Shown here piece by piece: positions 7,256-15,174 of a DNA stretch of 25,709 nt (its first letter is position 1; the number at the start of each line of letters is the position of its first letter). The notes beneath the pieces were generated by a model. That model saw only the letters and a program-made list of their open reading frames with translations. It was not told the origin of the DNA and searched no databases. The stretch is from Candidatus Woesearchaeota archaeon CG08_land_8_20_14_0_20_47_9 (GTDB lineage: Archaea > Nanobdellota > Nanobdellia > Woesearchaeales > CG1-02-47-18). The stretch is taken from assembly GCA_002763335.1 (NCBI GenBank), contig PEYS01000132.1, forward strand, positions 1 through 25,709, written 5' to 3'. The position numbers were made by a program, and so were the translations under genes.

Positions 7256-7312
7256 TGATGGCTTTGAATAGCGAGGCGAGCGTAGCGAAGCCGAGTCTAT
7301 TCAAAGCCATCA
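7256..7312. repeat. Palindromic hairpin element, family A copy 2 (between convergent histone and xerA)
   Basis: Perfect 16-bp arms TGATGGCTTTGAATAG/CTATTCAAAGCCATCA around CGAGGCGAGCGTAGCGAAGCCGAGT. Confidence 0.9.
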
Positions 7313-8140
7313 CTAAAGACTATCCAGTGGGCTTTTAATCTTTCTAAGCTGATCAGTGGATACCTTCGTGTATATCTGGGTTGTCTGCAGGTTCGCGTGG
7401 CCTAGAAGCTCCTGAATGCGCCGAATATCCACGCCATTCTCAAGCAGATGGGTTGCAAAGGAGTGCCTTAGCGTGTGGGGGCTGACCTTCTTTTTTATGC
7501 CTGCTCTCAGGGCGGCCCTCTTAACAATCCCCTGTATGTTTCTGGAACTCAGCTGCGAGCCACTTCTTGATGGGAAGACAAAGGACTGCTCAGGGCATTC
7601 CCCAACATAATGCCTTAGGTGCTCAACAAGCCTCTCTGATAGTATGATAAGCCTGTCCTTTGAGCCTTTGCCCTTCCTGACCCAGCCGATTCTTTCATTA
7701 AGCTCGAGGTCAGAGATGCGCAGCATTATGCATTCAGAAAGCCTGATGCCTGTAGAGTAGAGTGTCTCAATTATAAGCCTGCTCTTTTCTGTTGGCGAAT
7801 TGGCTATTAATGCGCGCACCTCATCCTTTGAAAGCACTGCAGGGAGCTTCTTCTCAGACTTCGGGGTTTTTAGGGCTACAATGCCCCTCCCAAGAACATC
7901 ATCGTAGAAGAACCTTAGAGAGGCCTTTGCAAGGGATACAGTTGAGCTGCTGTTGCCCCTGCCCATAAGGTGGGCGAGATAGGCCTTCACATCATCTGCA
8001 CTAACCCTGTCAGCAGGCCTCCCTAAAAACTCCAGAAACCTCCTGTTATACGACATATAAACCTTGATTGTCCTAGGACTAAAGCCTCTGAGCTTAAGCT
8101 CCACCTCAAGCCTGCTGAGCCTATCATCTGAAGCCTCCAT
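7313..8140 (-). CDS. xerA: Xer-type tyrosine recombinase
   Basis: N-terminal SAM-like domain (FSPRTIKVY), GIRLSE, GKGSKDR, HTLRHSFATHLLENG, LGHANLQTTQIY. No integron-integrase insertion. Upstream AAAGCTTTTTAA promoter at 8165-8178 (-). Confidence 0.9.
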   Translation of the reverse strand: MEASDDRLSRLEVELKLRGFSPRTIKVYMSYNRRFLEFLGRPADRVSADDVKAYLAHLMGRGNSSSTVSLAKASLRFFYDDVLGRGIVALKTPKSEKKLPAVLSKDEVRALIANSPTEKSRLIIETLYSTGIRLSECIMLRISDLELNERIGWVRKGKGSKDRLIILSERLVEHLRHYVGECPEQSFVFPSRSGSQLSSRNIQGIVKRAALRAGIKKKVSPHTLRHSFATHLLENGVDIRRIQELLGHANLQTTQIYTKVSTDQLRKIKSPLDSL

Positions 8141-8203
8141 GCACCATCACGGGGCTGTAATCGGTTAAAAAGCTTTCTTTTCGCTCCCGACACAAACAGC
8201 ATC

Positions 8204-8251
8204 AGAGGCTTTTGACTAACCAACGCGTAGCGAGGTTAGTTAAAGCCCTCT
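8204..8251. repeat. Palindromic hairpin element, family E copy 1
   Basis: Imperfect 18-bp arms AGAGGCTTTTGACTAACC/GGTTAGTTAAAGCCCTCT, loop AACGCGTAGCGA. Inverted homologue at 19396. Confidence 0.85.
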
Positions 8252-8323
8252 TTGACGCAAACATTTATTAACACTGCCATATTGCCAGCCAACAATCATC
8301 ACAATCATTGGAGGGGAATCATA

Positions 8324-9103
8324 ATGGTGAAATCAGCGGTCAAATCCAGGAGTAAGAAGGATGCGCTGCATAAAAAACACAGGGCGTTCAGGGCAGCCAG
8401 GAGGCGCTTAAGAAGGCGCGTCAAGATAGTCAACATGCTCATAGTTATAGTAGCGATTGCCATAATCTCTGTCGGGGCGTACCTCATCTACAGCGGAAGA
8501 GTGAGGGAAGGGAGCAAGGAACCAGGTTCAGATGAGGGAGAGAACCTTGGTAAGGTCTCTGATTATGTTTTGGCAAGAGTGAATGGCGAGCCCATAATGG
8601 CCTCAGAGATTGAGAAGCAATACACAACGATTCCAGAGCAGTCACAGCCCTTTATCACCAGGGAAATCATTCTTAATCAGACAATAAACAAGCTCCTGCT
8701 CCTGCAGGAGGCTGAGAAAGAGGGGATCAGCATCAGTTACGAGGAGGTTGACGACCTTATCTTCTACAACCTTGACATGATGAATCGCTCTCTGGATGAT
8801 TTTAAGAATGAGCTTAAAGAGCTTAAAATGGATTTTGAAGAGTTCAGAGAGAGCTACAGGGATGACCTGATAATAAACAGGCTGATCAATGAGACCATAG
8901 TGTCGCAGATAGAGATCTCTGAAGCTGAGGTCGGGGAGTTTTACGATTCAAGCAACTTTGGGGATGCAAACATAACAATTGAGGATGTTGAACCCCAGAT
9001 AAAGGACTATCTAACATCGCAGAAGGTTATGGATGCGCTTGATGCGCTCATAAACAAACTCAGGAAGACCTCAAGTATTGAGCTGGCTGAGGCCAGTGGT
9101 TAG
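8324..9103 (+). CDS. Membrane-anchored SurA/PrsA N-terminal-domain chaperone without a PPIase domain
   Basis: ATG 8324 after GGAGGGG SD and TATA at 8259-8272. Basic N-terminus, one TM helix, VLARVNGEPI and ILNQTINKLLLLQEAEKEGI SurA_N motifs. Confidence 0.75.
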   Translation: MVKSAVKSRSKKDALHKKHRAFRAARRRLRRRVKIVNMLIVIVAIAIISVGAYLIYSGRVREGSKEPGSDEGENLGKVSDYVLARVNGEPIMASEIEKQYTTIPEQSQPFITREIILNQTINKLLLLQEAEKEGISISYEEVDDLIFYNLDMMNRSLDDFKNELKELKMDFEEFRESYRDDLIINRLINETIVSQIEISEAEVGEFYDSSNFGDANITIEDVEPQIKDYLTSQKVMDALDALINKLRKTSSIELAEASG

Positions 9104-9117
9104 ATTGTGAGGGGCTT

Positions 9118-9708
9118 ATGGGGCCTGAAAAGGATATTGTGAACCTATGGCTGAATAGGGCTGGTTTCTTTACTGTCAGGAATATCAATGCTGGCAAGAA
9201 CAGGGTTGTTGGCATTGTTGCGCTAAAGCAGGATGGCACTCCTAAGGTTGCGCACGTCGAGGTGAGCTACACAGCCTCAAAGCCCTCTAAGGTTTATAGG
9301 GAGGAGCTTGTAAAGAGGTTTGAATCAGCCCAGGTAATAAAGACAGTGAAGGACTGCATAAGGAGGCATGTCGGGAAGGACATTGAATACGAGCGCATAC
9401 TCATCTCAACAACTGACTTTGAGATCGAGGGCGTAAAGAGGATATCCTTTTCAAGGGTGCTTGAGGAGCTTATATCCTGGATTGACAGGAAGGATTATGA
9501 CGATGCAGTGATAAGAAGCCTCCAGATTTTTAAGTATGCTGTGCTCAAAAAGCCGAGGGTGCTTGCAAACATCGTGAAGATAACATCCGGGAGGCGCTCC
9601 CAAAGCAGGCTTATAGACTCCTTATGCAGCGATAAGGTGAAGAAGCTCCCAATCCAGGGCTCGCTTGAAAGCTTCTTTGGCGGCATTGACAGCAGGCGTA
9701 AAGATTAA
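9118..9708 (+). CDS. Hypothetical protein, possible inactivated PD-(D/E)xK nuclease fold
   Basis: EKDIVNLWL...GFFTVRNI...VVGIVALK...AHVEVS follows the restriction-endonuclease-like core with G at the Asp position and S at the Lys position. Confidence 0.5.
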   Translation: MGPEKDIVNLWLNRAGFFTVRNINAGKNRVVGIVALKQDGTPKVAHVEVSYTASKPSKVYREELVKRFESAQVIKTVKDCIRRHVGKDIEYERILISTTDFEIEGVKRISFSRVLEELISWIDRKDYDDAVIRSLQIFKYAVLKKPRVLANIVKITSGRRSQSRLIDSLCSDKVKKLPIQGSLESFFGGIDSRRKD

Positions 9709-9754
9709 TAAGAGGTGGCAGAATGCTCTGGGCATGGCTTACATGGATACTGTA

Positions 9755-10120
9755 ATGATAAAGAATGCCTCAAAGGGCATAGTCATATCAGAGGCTGCCA
9801 GGCTCTGCACATCCAGGGCATCAAAGATTCGTGGCTTGATGTTCTCCCAGCCAAAAGACCTGGTCTTTGCTTTTAAAGAGGAACAGCCAATAAGCCTCCA
9901 CATGCTCTTCGTCTTCTTCCCAATTGACGTGGTGTTCCTTAACTCTGAGATGCGAGTAACAGGTTTGAGGAAGGGTGCTATGCCATTTGCCTCACTCATC
10001 AGGGGGCATGGCAAGTATGTCCTTGAGCTCAGGGCTGGAACAATAGCCAGAACAAAGGTAGGGGTGGGGGATGGGGTGGAGATCAGAGTCTCTGCAAATG
10101 CTTATCCTGAACATATCTGA
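9755..10120 (+). CDS. DUF192-family protein
   Basis: KIRGLMF, LHMLFVFFPIDVVFL, YVLELRAG. Start is uncertain (9734, 9743 or 9755). 3' end overlaps the thyA 3' end by 38 nt. Confidence 0.85.
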   Translation: MIKNASKGIVISEAARLCTSRASKIRGLMFSQPKDLVFAFKEEQPISLHMLFVFFPIDVVFLNSEMRVTGLRKGAMPFASLIRGHGKYVLELRAGTIARTKVGVGDGVEIRVSANAYPEHI

Positions 10121-11567
10121 AAAGCGAGGGATAGTTTAAGGCAATTTCTGCTTTTTCAAGCTCCTTCCCAAGGTAGATTGCATGGCCTATGCTTGAGACA
10201 AGCTGCTCTGCTGCAATCTTCATGTAGACATCTTCTGCGCTTGTTCCTGTATAAGTTCTAATGGTGTTATCATCCTGGCTTATATGCTCTGCACTAATCC
10301 TTCCATTGCTAATCTCAATAACAAAATTCCCCCTGGGATCAGGGCTTGTCACCTCTGATGAAATAAAACTGCCTCTCTGCTCATCTACAATCCTCCTCGC
10401 CTCTTCCCAGCAGTCCTCATATATATGTGCTGACTGCGAGATAATAACCAGGTCGCCGAGCTTAAGCCCATAATTACCCCTCTTCTCAACACCCCCCCTG
10501 ATTAGCTCCTGTAATTTTCTCAGAACAAATGCGTTCTCAGGCCAGCCGCTGAACATATCATTCGAGCGGATTAAAGCAGTCAGAATGAGTTTGTCACCAG
10601 AGATCTTGACCCCAATATAGTTCAGACATGGTGATAAGCCTGGCATTCCCCCTTTCTTGTTATCAATCCTAGGATCCCAAAGAACAGCCACAGCGCTCCT
10701 AATGCCCTTTTCTTCACTCAATTTTTTTATCATCGCCTCAACCTGGTCAACCCCAAAATGTGCCCTGAGTCTTTGGCCATAGGTGTACTTTATCTCAGCA
10801 AGAGGCTGGCTACTAAGCACTGTCGGGAAATATTCCTCAAGCATCTTCTCGTTGCAAGGCAGGAAATCAGGAACGCACATGCCTTCAGGGTCCTCATCAG
10901 TCACAACAGAAATCAGGTCAACTACCTCTTTCATTCTGCTATCGTAATGTGTCGGAGAAACCCTTCCAAACTTCATTATGATATCAAGGAGCTTCACCCA
11001 GACCTCAGCCACCTTTTTACCAGACACTCTAAACGCAGAGTCCTCCCCTTTTATTGTAGCAGCTTCCCTTGGCTTCTTTTCAAAGAACATGGGTTGGCTG
11101 TAGGGCGTGCCTTTCTTTGCTGAGAGTCTTTTTGCATACTCTAAGAGCTCGTCAAGGCTCTTTGCCCCAATCAGTGTGACGTTGTCTCTGAGAAGCTGAA
11201 GAGCTTGCTCGGTGACCTCGATGTCAATAAAACCATCCTTATCACTCCTGACCCTCCAGCACTCGTTCCCCACTGAATCTCTGCCCTTCTCAAACCCCTT
11301 CTTGAAGAAGTCCCGGAGAACAGCCCCACTTCCAGAGAGGTCATTGCCGTATACAATGAGGTAACGTATATGTGTGTTTGCCAGAAGGTTTCTTACAATG
11401 GGGTCTAGGCCGCGAGTTGAGGAATAGAGCTGACCAATAACGCCGTAATGCTCTGGTTTTAAGCTTGCAGCTACTAGATTCTTATCTGACCATAGAGTTA
11501 CAATCGCGAGAGGGCTTTCAGATACCCCAATCGTTAGCATGTTTCCCTTGAATACTGGCTTGAACAT
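10083..11567 (-). CDS. thyA: Thymidylate synthase with N-terminal MtrA-like and C-terminal DUF4346-like domains
   Basis: TS motifs YTYGQRL, RSAVAVLWDP, PCL, RSNDMFSGWPEN, SAHIYE. N-terminal GLDPIVRNLLANTHIRYLIVYG (MtrA-like). C-terminal DPRGNFVI and HAIYLGKELEKAE...YVQD. Confidence 0.85.
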   Translation of the reverse strand: MFKPVFKGNMLTIGVSESPLAIVTLWSDKNLVAASLKPEHYGVIGQLYSSTRGLDPIVRNLLANTHIRYLIVYGNDLSGSGAVLRDFFKKGFEKGRDSVGNECWRVRSDKDGFIDIEVTEQALQLLRDNVTLIGAKSLDELLEYAKRLSAKKGTPYSQPMFFEKKPREAATIKGEDSAFRVSGKKVAEVWVKLLDIIMKFGRVSPTHYDSRMKEVVDLISVVTDEDPEGMCVPDFLPCNEKMLEEYFPTVLSSQPLAEIKYTYGQRLRAHFGVDQVEAMIKKLSEEKGIRSAVAVLWDPRIDNKKGGMPGLSPCLNYIGVKISGDKLILTALIRSNDMFSGWPENAFVLRKLQELIRGGVEKRGNYGLKLGDLVIISQSAHIYEDCWEEARRIVDEQRGSFISSEVTSPDPRGNFVIEISNGRISAEHISQDDNTIRTYTGTSAEDVYMKIAAEQLVSSIGHAIYLGKELEKAEIALNYPSLFRYVQDKHLQRL

Positions 11568-11575
11568 TCTTACCC

Positions 11576-12145
11576 CTACTCGCTTCTTAAAAGACGCTTT
11601 GATGTTGTCTGTGAGATGAACCTTGAGGCAAGATTCATGATGTGCTCTGAAAGCTGGAGTTGCTGAAGCTCAATTCCTGCCTGCCTTATTTCATTCACCC
11701 AATAGGCGTCTCTTTCTTTGTTAAGAGAGTCGTAACCAAGCTCATATACAATCTTCTTAATTCCCGCACTCGCTAACAATTTTGTGCATGTATAGCAGGG
11801 GAGCAATGTGCAGTAGATCGTAGCCCCTTTAATGGGGATGCCGTTTCGTGCTGCCTGCGCTATGGCGTTTGCCTCAGCATGGCTTGACCTGCAAAAATCG
11901 TATTTTCCCTCATCAAAGACCTTCATGCTTCTGCGATAACACCGCCCCTCATCACTACAGTGCGGCGCACCTGGCATTGAGCCATTATAACCTGTAGAGA
12001 GCACCTGTTTCTCAAGCACGATAACAGCCCCGGTTGGTCTGCTAAGGCAGGTCGAGCGAGTTGCTGCGAGTTTTGCTAGAAGCATAAAGTACTCGTCCCA
12101 GCTTGGTCTTATAGCTACGCCCTGCAGGTTTTGGTTAATTTTCAT
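11576..12145 (-). CDS. dCMP deaminase (ComEB family)
   Basis: RPSWDEYF, RSTC, GYNG, HAEANAI, PCYTC zinc motif. ATG 12145 after GGGGGTG SD. Confidence 0.92.
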   Translation of the reverse strand: MKINQNLQGVAIRPSWDEYFMLLAKLAATRSTCLSRPTGAVIVLEKQVLSTGYNGSMPGAPHCSDEGRCYRRSMKVFDEGKYDFCRSSHAEANAIAQAARNGIPIKGATIYCTLLPCYTCTKLLASAGIKKIVYELGYDSLNKERDAYWVNEIRQAGIELQQLQLSEHIMNLASRFISQTTSKRLLRSE

Positions 12146-12202
12146 AATAAAACACCCCCTGAAATTGCTCCCAATCACAACTACATAATTATTTCTTCAT
12201 CA

Positions 12203-12254
12203 TAGGATATCTGCCTAGGATATCTGCCTAGGATATCTGCCTAGGATATCTGCC
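12203..12254. repeat. Perfect tandem repeat, 4 x 13 bp TAGGATATCTGCC
   Basis: Four exact copies at 12203, 12216, 12229 and 12242 in the intergenic gap. Confidence 0.97.
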
Positions 12255-12275
12255 CGCGTCAAGGAAACAGACTAT

Positions 12276-12815
12276 TTAAACCTGCTGCTCCCGCTCTCTG
12301 GTTGACACCCTGCCACTATGCCATTGCCCCCTGTAGAGGTTTGAAGAGCCCTTGACTTCCAAAAAGAGGATATGGCAGATACGCGCACCAAGTTCAATCT
12401 CAACCTCGCAGCTACCCAAGTTGGCTACGCCAAAAATAAGCTCCCCACAATACCCCGGCGCATCCTGGCCGCAAAAGAAAGCAAGGCCGCTTCGATAGAG
12501 CGTTGTTCTCGGGAAGATAAGCCCCACTAGATTCTCAGGGGTGTTAACCCTCTCAATAGTTTTAACAAGGTGGAAGCTTCCTGGTTTAAGGATAAACGAT
12601 GTTTTTTTACCATCCTCATATTTGGCGACAAGCCGAGTCTTAGGCGTCTCCCTCTCATCAACACCTAAAAAACCTCGCCCACTTAGCTCGTATATCTCTC
12701 CGAGGCGCAGGTCAAAGCCAACTCCTTCTGGATTCTGCAGCTCCCGCTCACAAAGCCCTTCAACTAGCCTTTGCTCCTTCACAAGTCTATGCAGCTCACT
12801 TACTCCCAGAATCAT
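12276..12815 (-). CDS. Trimeric dUTPase / dCTP deaminase superfamily protein (dUTPase more likely)
   Basis: EGVGFDLRL, PRTTLYRSG, DAPGYCGEL, GARICHI, YRGQW. The Glu of the deaminase TLE motif is not evident. Confidence 0.8.
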   Translation of the reverse strand: MILGVSELHRLVKEQRLVEGLCERELQNPEGVGFDLRLGEIYELSGRGFLGVDERETPKTRLVAKYEDGKKTSFILKPGSFHLVKTIERVNTPENLVGLIFPRTTLYRSGLAFFCGQDAPGYCGELIFGVANLGSCEVEIELGARICHILFLEVKGSSNLYRGQWHSGRVSTREREQQV

Positions 12816-12824
12816 TTTCAACCA

Positions 12825-13769
12825 TTAGGTTCTCACAGAGACGCCATTTGACTCCTTCATCAGGCTATCCCCAATGCCTAGTCCGATGCTGTAAGAGCTG
12901 ACCTCTGAGGCGAGGCTCAGGAGGTCTGTAAAGCTAGGCCTGCGCTTATACTCAACAATCTTAACATCTGTTATGTTAAGCCTCTGCTTAATCGCCTCAA
13001 CTGCCTCTTTCTTGCCTCCAAGGACATCCACAAGCCCGAGCTCCTTTGCCTGAGCACCTGTGTATGCGCGGGCGTCAGCCAGCTTATTCGCATCTGAAAG
13101 GCTCAGCCCGCGGTTAGCTGCAACAGAGCCTAAAAAGTGATCCCTCATAAGGGAGATCTGCTTATTATACAATTCCTCTTCCTCAGGAGTCATGTTTCTG
13201 AATGGGCTGCCGGTGTCCTTAAAGCTTCCTGAAACGAGGCGCTGGTAGCTAACGCCGTACATCTCCATAAGTCCTGAAAACTCCAGGTATGATGCTATAA
13301 CGCCTACGCTCCCTGTAACTGAGACAGGGCTCGCGACAATGATATCAGCTGAGCTTGCAGCCCAGTACGCTCCTGATGTGCCAATATCGCGTATCCATGC
13401 AACAACTGTCTTATTGCTCTGCTCCACAGCCCTGGCGATCTCCTCTGAGGCTACAGGAGCTCCCCCCGGCGAGTTTATCGCAAGTATTATAGCCTTTATT
13501 TCAGTGTTTGCATCTGCGCGCTCTATCTGCGAGACTATATCATCAGAGTAGGCAAGGCCCTTTTCAAAGGTGCTGGGCTCAGCAGATGTTATGGCGCCCT
13601 CAATGCGTATCAGGGCGACATTCCCTGACTCATGGCTCTCGCTGCTTAAAAAGAAGCCTGTAATCAAGGCTGTAACAGAGGAAAACACGCCCAGGAGTAC
13701 AAGTACGACAATAACAATTGCAAGCCTGTTCCTGGGCTGAGTAGGCTCGCTCTCTTTTGCTCTAACCAT
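12825..13769 (-). CDS. sppA: Signal peptide peptidase SppA (S49), short form
   Basis: N-terminal TM helix, INSPGG, SGAYW (catalytic Ser), GSVGV, SGSFKD (catalytic Lys). Confidence 0.93.
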   Translation of the reverse strand: MVRAKESEPTQPRNRLAIVIVVLVLLGVFSSVTALITGFFLSSESHESGNVALIRIEGAITSAEPSTFEKGLAYSDDIVSQIERADANTEIKAIILAINSPGGAPVASEEIARAVEQSNKTVVAWIRDIGTSGAYWAASSADIIVASPVSVTGSVGVIASYLEFSGLMEMYGVSYQRLVSGSFKDTGSPFRNMTPEEEELYNKQISLMRDHFLGSVAANRGLSLSDANKLADARAYTGAQAKELGLVDVLGGKKEAVEAIKQRLNITDVKIVEYKRRPSFTDLLSLASEVSSYSIGLGIGDSLMKESNGVSVRT

Positions 13770-13775
13770 TTTTAT

Positions 13776-14333
13776 TCACCTTGGAATGCTATAACCCATA
13801 GTGTGGGGCTCAACAACCCTTGTCTTTGAAAGGAACTCTAATGCCCTTTTCCTAGGGCCTAAGACAATAAGGAAGGGCGCAGATATCCAGAGCAGTATCA
13901 CAGGCGCCAGGGGCAGAAACCTAAGGTTCCTGACAATGCACTGCCAGAAGCGCAACTCATGCCTTCGCCCCCTATTATTATAATAGTCGCTGATAACATA
14001 CAGGTTGAAGATCATCTTGCCAACACTCTGGCCAATGGCCCATTCAAGGAGGGCGAAGTATGATATCACGAACAGGGCCATTATAAAAAACATAAGGTAA
14101 ACGCCGGTTGCTACTGAGCTGTTAGACTCAAAAAAGCTGTATGCTGCCCCGTAGGCTGAATAAAAGTTGCTGCTCTGCGGCATTAGGGCTGATATCCTGC
14201 TAAGGAGGCGCGTAAACGGGCCAAGTATCAGGTACTCCACTATAAGCATATCTACAAAGAATGCTACAAACCTCTTCCAGGGTGTTGCGCTGCCAAGCAC
14301 GACCTGGAGCTTAGGGAGGTTAAGGTTTGTCAT
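13776..14333 (-). CDS. RDD-family membrane protein
   Basis: ATPWKRFVAFFVD and GQSVGKM motifs, hydrophobic helices. ATG 14333 has an AAGGGGAT SD. Confidence 0.85.
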   Translation of the reverse strand: MTNLNLPKLQVVLGSATPWKRFVAFFVDMLIVEYLILGPFTRLLSRISALMPQSSNFYSAYGAAYSFFESNSSVATGVYLMFFIMALFVISYFALLEWAIGQSVGKMIFNLYVISDYYNNRGRRHELRFWQCIVRNLRFLPLAPVILLWISAPFLIVLGPRKRALEFLSKTRVVEPHTMGYSIPR

Positions 14334-14377
14334 GATCCCCTTCTTAACAGCTATTAACAGAAACAGAAAGATAAGGG

Positions 14378-14431
14378 TTATAAAAAGCTTTTCAGTGAAA
14401 GTTACCCTGTCCAAAGCAAAGCTTTTTATAA
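14378..14431. promoter_or_regulatory. Back-to-back identical BRE/TATA promoters (RDD/sppA leftward, rpl21e rightward)
   Basis: TTATAAAAAGCTTT (14378-14391) and AAAGCTTTTTATAA (14418-14431) are exact reverse complements. Confidence 0.7.
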
Positions 14432-14476
14432 TTCCCCTGCTCACTTATGGCTTAGGAGTTTGATCGAGGTAGTTTT

Positions 14477-14773
14477 ATGACTCAGAGAACAGGTTCAAAC
14501 ATTAGGAAGGCTAAGCACAAGCTTACTAAGCCTGTCAGACTGCGTGGAAAGATGCCTTTAAAGAGGTACTTGCAGGACATCCGAGCTGGTGATAGGATAG
14601 TGCTCTGTACAGAGCCGGCCTGTCAGGAAGGCAGATACCACATGAGGTTTCACGGCCGAGCAGGTGTTGTTAGCGGCAAAAGAGGTTCATGCTACAAGGT
14701 AGAGGTAGCTGACGGCGGAAAAACAAAGTGCCTGATAGTTCACCCCGCCCACCTAAAGAGGGTAAGGGTATAA
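14477..14773 (+). CDS. rpl21e: 50S ribosomal protein L21e
   Basis: GRYHMRFHGRAGVV...DGGKTKCLIVHPAHLK signature; conserved rpl21e-rpoF-DUF655 synteny. Confidence 0.95.
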   Translation: MTQRTGSNIRKAKHKLTKPVRLRGKMPLKRYLQDIRAGDRIVLCTEPACQEGRYHMRFHGRAGVVSGKRGSCYKVEVADGGKTKCLIVHPAHLKRVRV

Positions 14774-14789
14774 GGGGGGCTTGATAAAA

Positions 14790-15146
14790 ATGACGCAGCC
14801 AATGGTAATAAACGATGAGCCTATCACAATGGTTGAGCTCAGAGAGGAGCTTGCCAGGATTGAAAAGAGGGACAAGGAGCCCAGCTTCAGGGTAGGGAGA
14901 ACAACAGAGTACCTCAATGCATTTGTCCAACTAAGCCCGCAGAAGGCTGAGGAGTTTAAGAAAAGGATTCTAGAGCTTAACATACCCCGCATAAAGGATG
15001 AGCACATAGACAAGATAATAGATGTGATGCCGGCCTCAGTAGAGGAGCTGAAGTCAGTTCTTATGGGCTACATGATAACGGTTAATAATGAGAATATCAA
15101 GAAGATCATGAATGCAGTTGGGGGGTTTACTTCTGAAAAGAAGTAA
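14790..15146 (+). CDS. rpoF: DNA-directed RNA polymerase subunit F (Rpo4)
   Basis: PITMVELREEL...RTTEYL...KIIDVMPASVEELKSV; position in the conserved cluster. Start 14781 (TTG) is also possible. Confidence 0.9.
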   Translation: MTQPMVINDEPITMVELREELARIEKRDKEPSFRVGRTTEYLNAFVQLSPQKAEEFKKRILELNIPRIKDEHIDKIIDVMPASVEELKSVLMGYMITVNNENIKKIMNAVGGFTSEKK

Positions 15147-15174
15147 CCTTGTTCTATTCTCTAAGGTGAGAAAA

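Noticed and set aside
7313-8140. xerA as the integrase of a provirus or island, or a nearby dif site
   Set aside because: The flanks are housekeeping genes; I saw no tRNA-end duplication (att) and no 11-6-11 dif-like site.
8204-8251. Family E hairpins (CTAAC...GTTAG) as integron attC sites and xerA as an IntI
   Set aside because: AAC and GTT are only ~14 nt apart, far below attC length; there are no cassette arrays; the recombinase lacks the IntI-specific insertion.
8252-8323. Longer ORF-track starts (also 318, 6065, 9665, 12178, 14444, 15112, 23383)
   Set aside because: They lie upstream of or across the TATA/SD signals or inside the previous gene; downstream ATGs with an SD or ATGA coupling fit better.
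10083-11567. ThyA fusion as a DNA-base hypermodification enzyme (dCMP hydroxymethylase)
   Set aside because: It has the dUMP-specifying Asn (WPEN), and its neighbours form an ordinary dTMP pathway.
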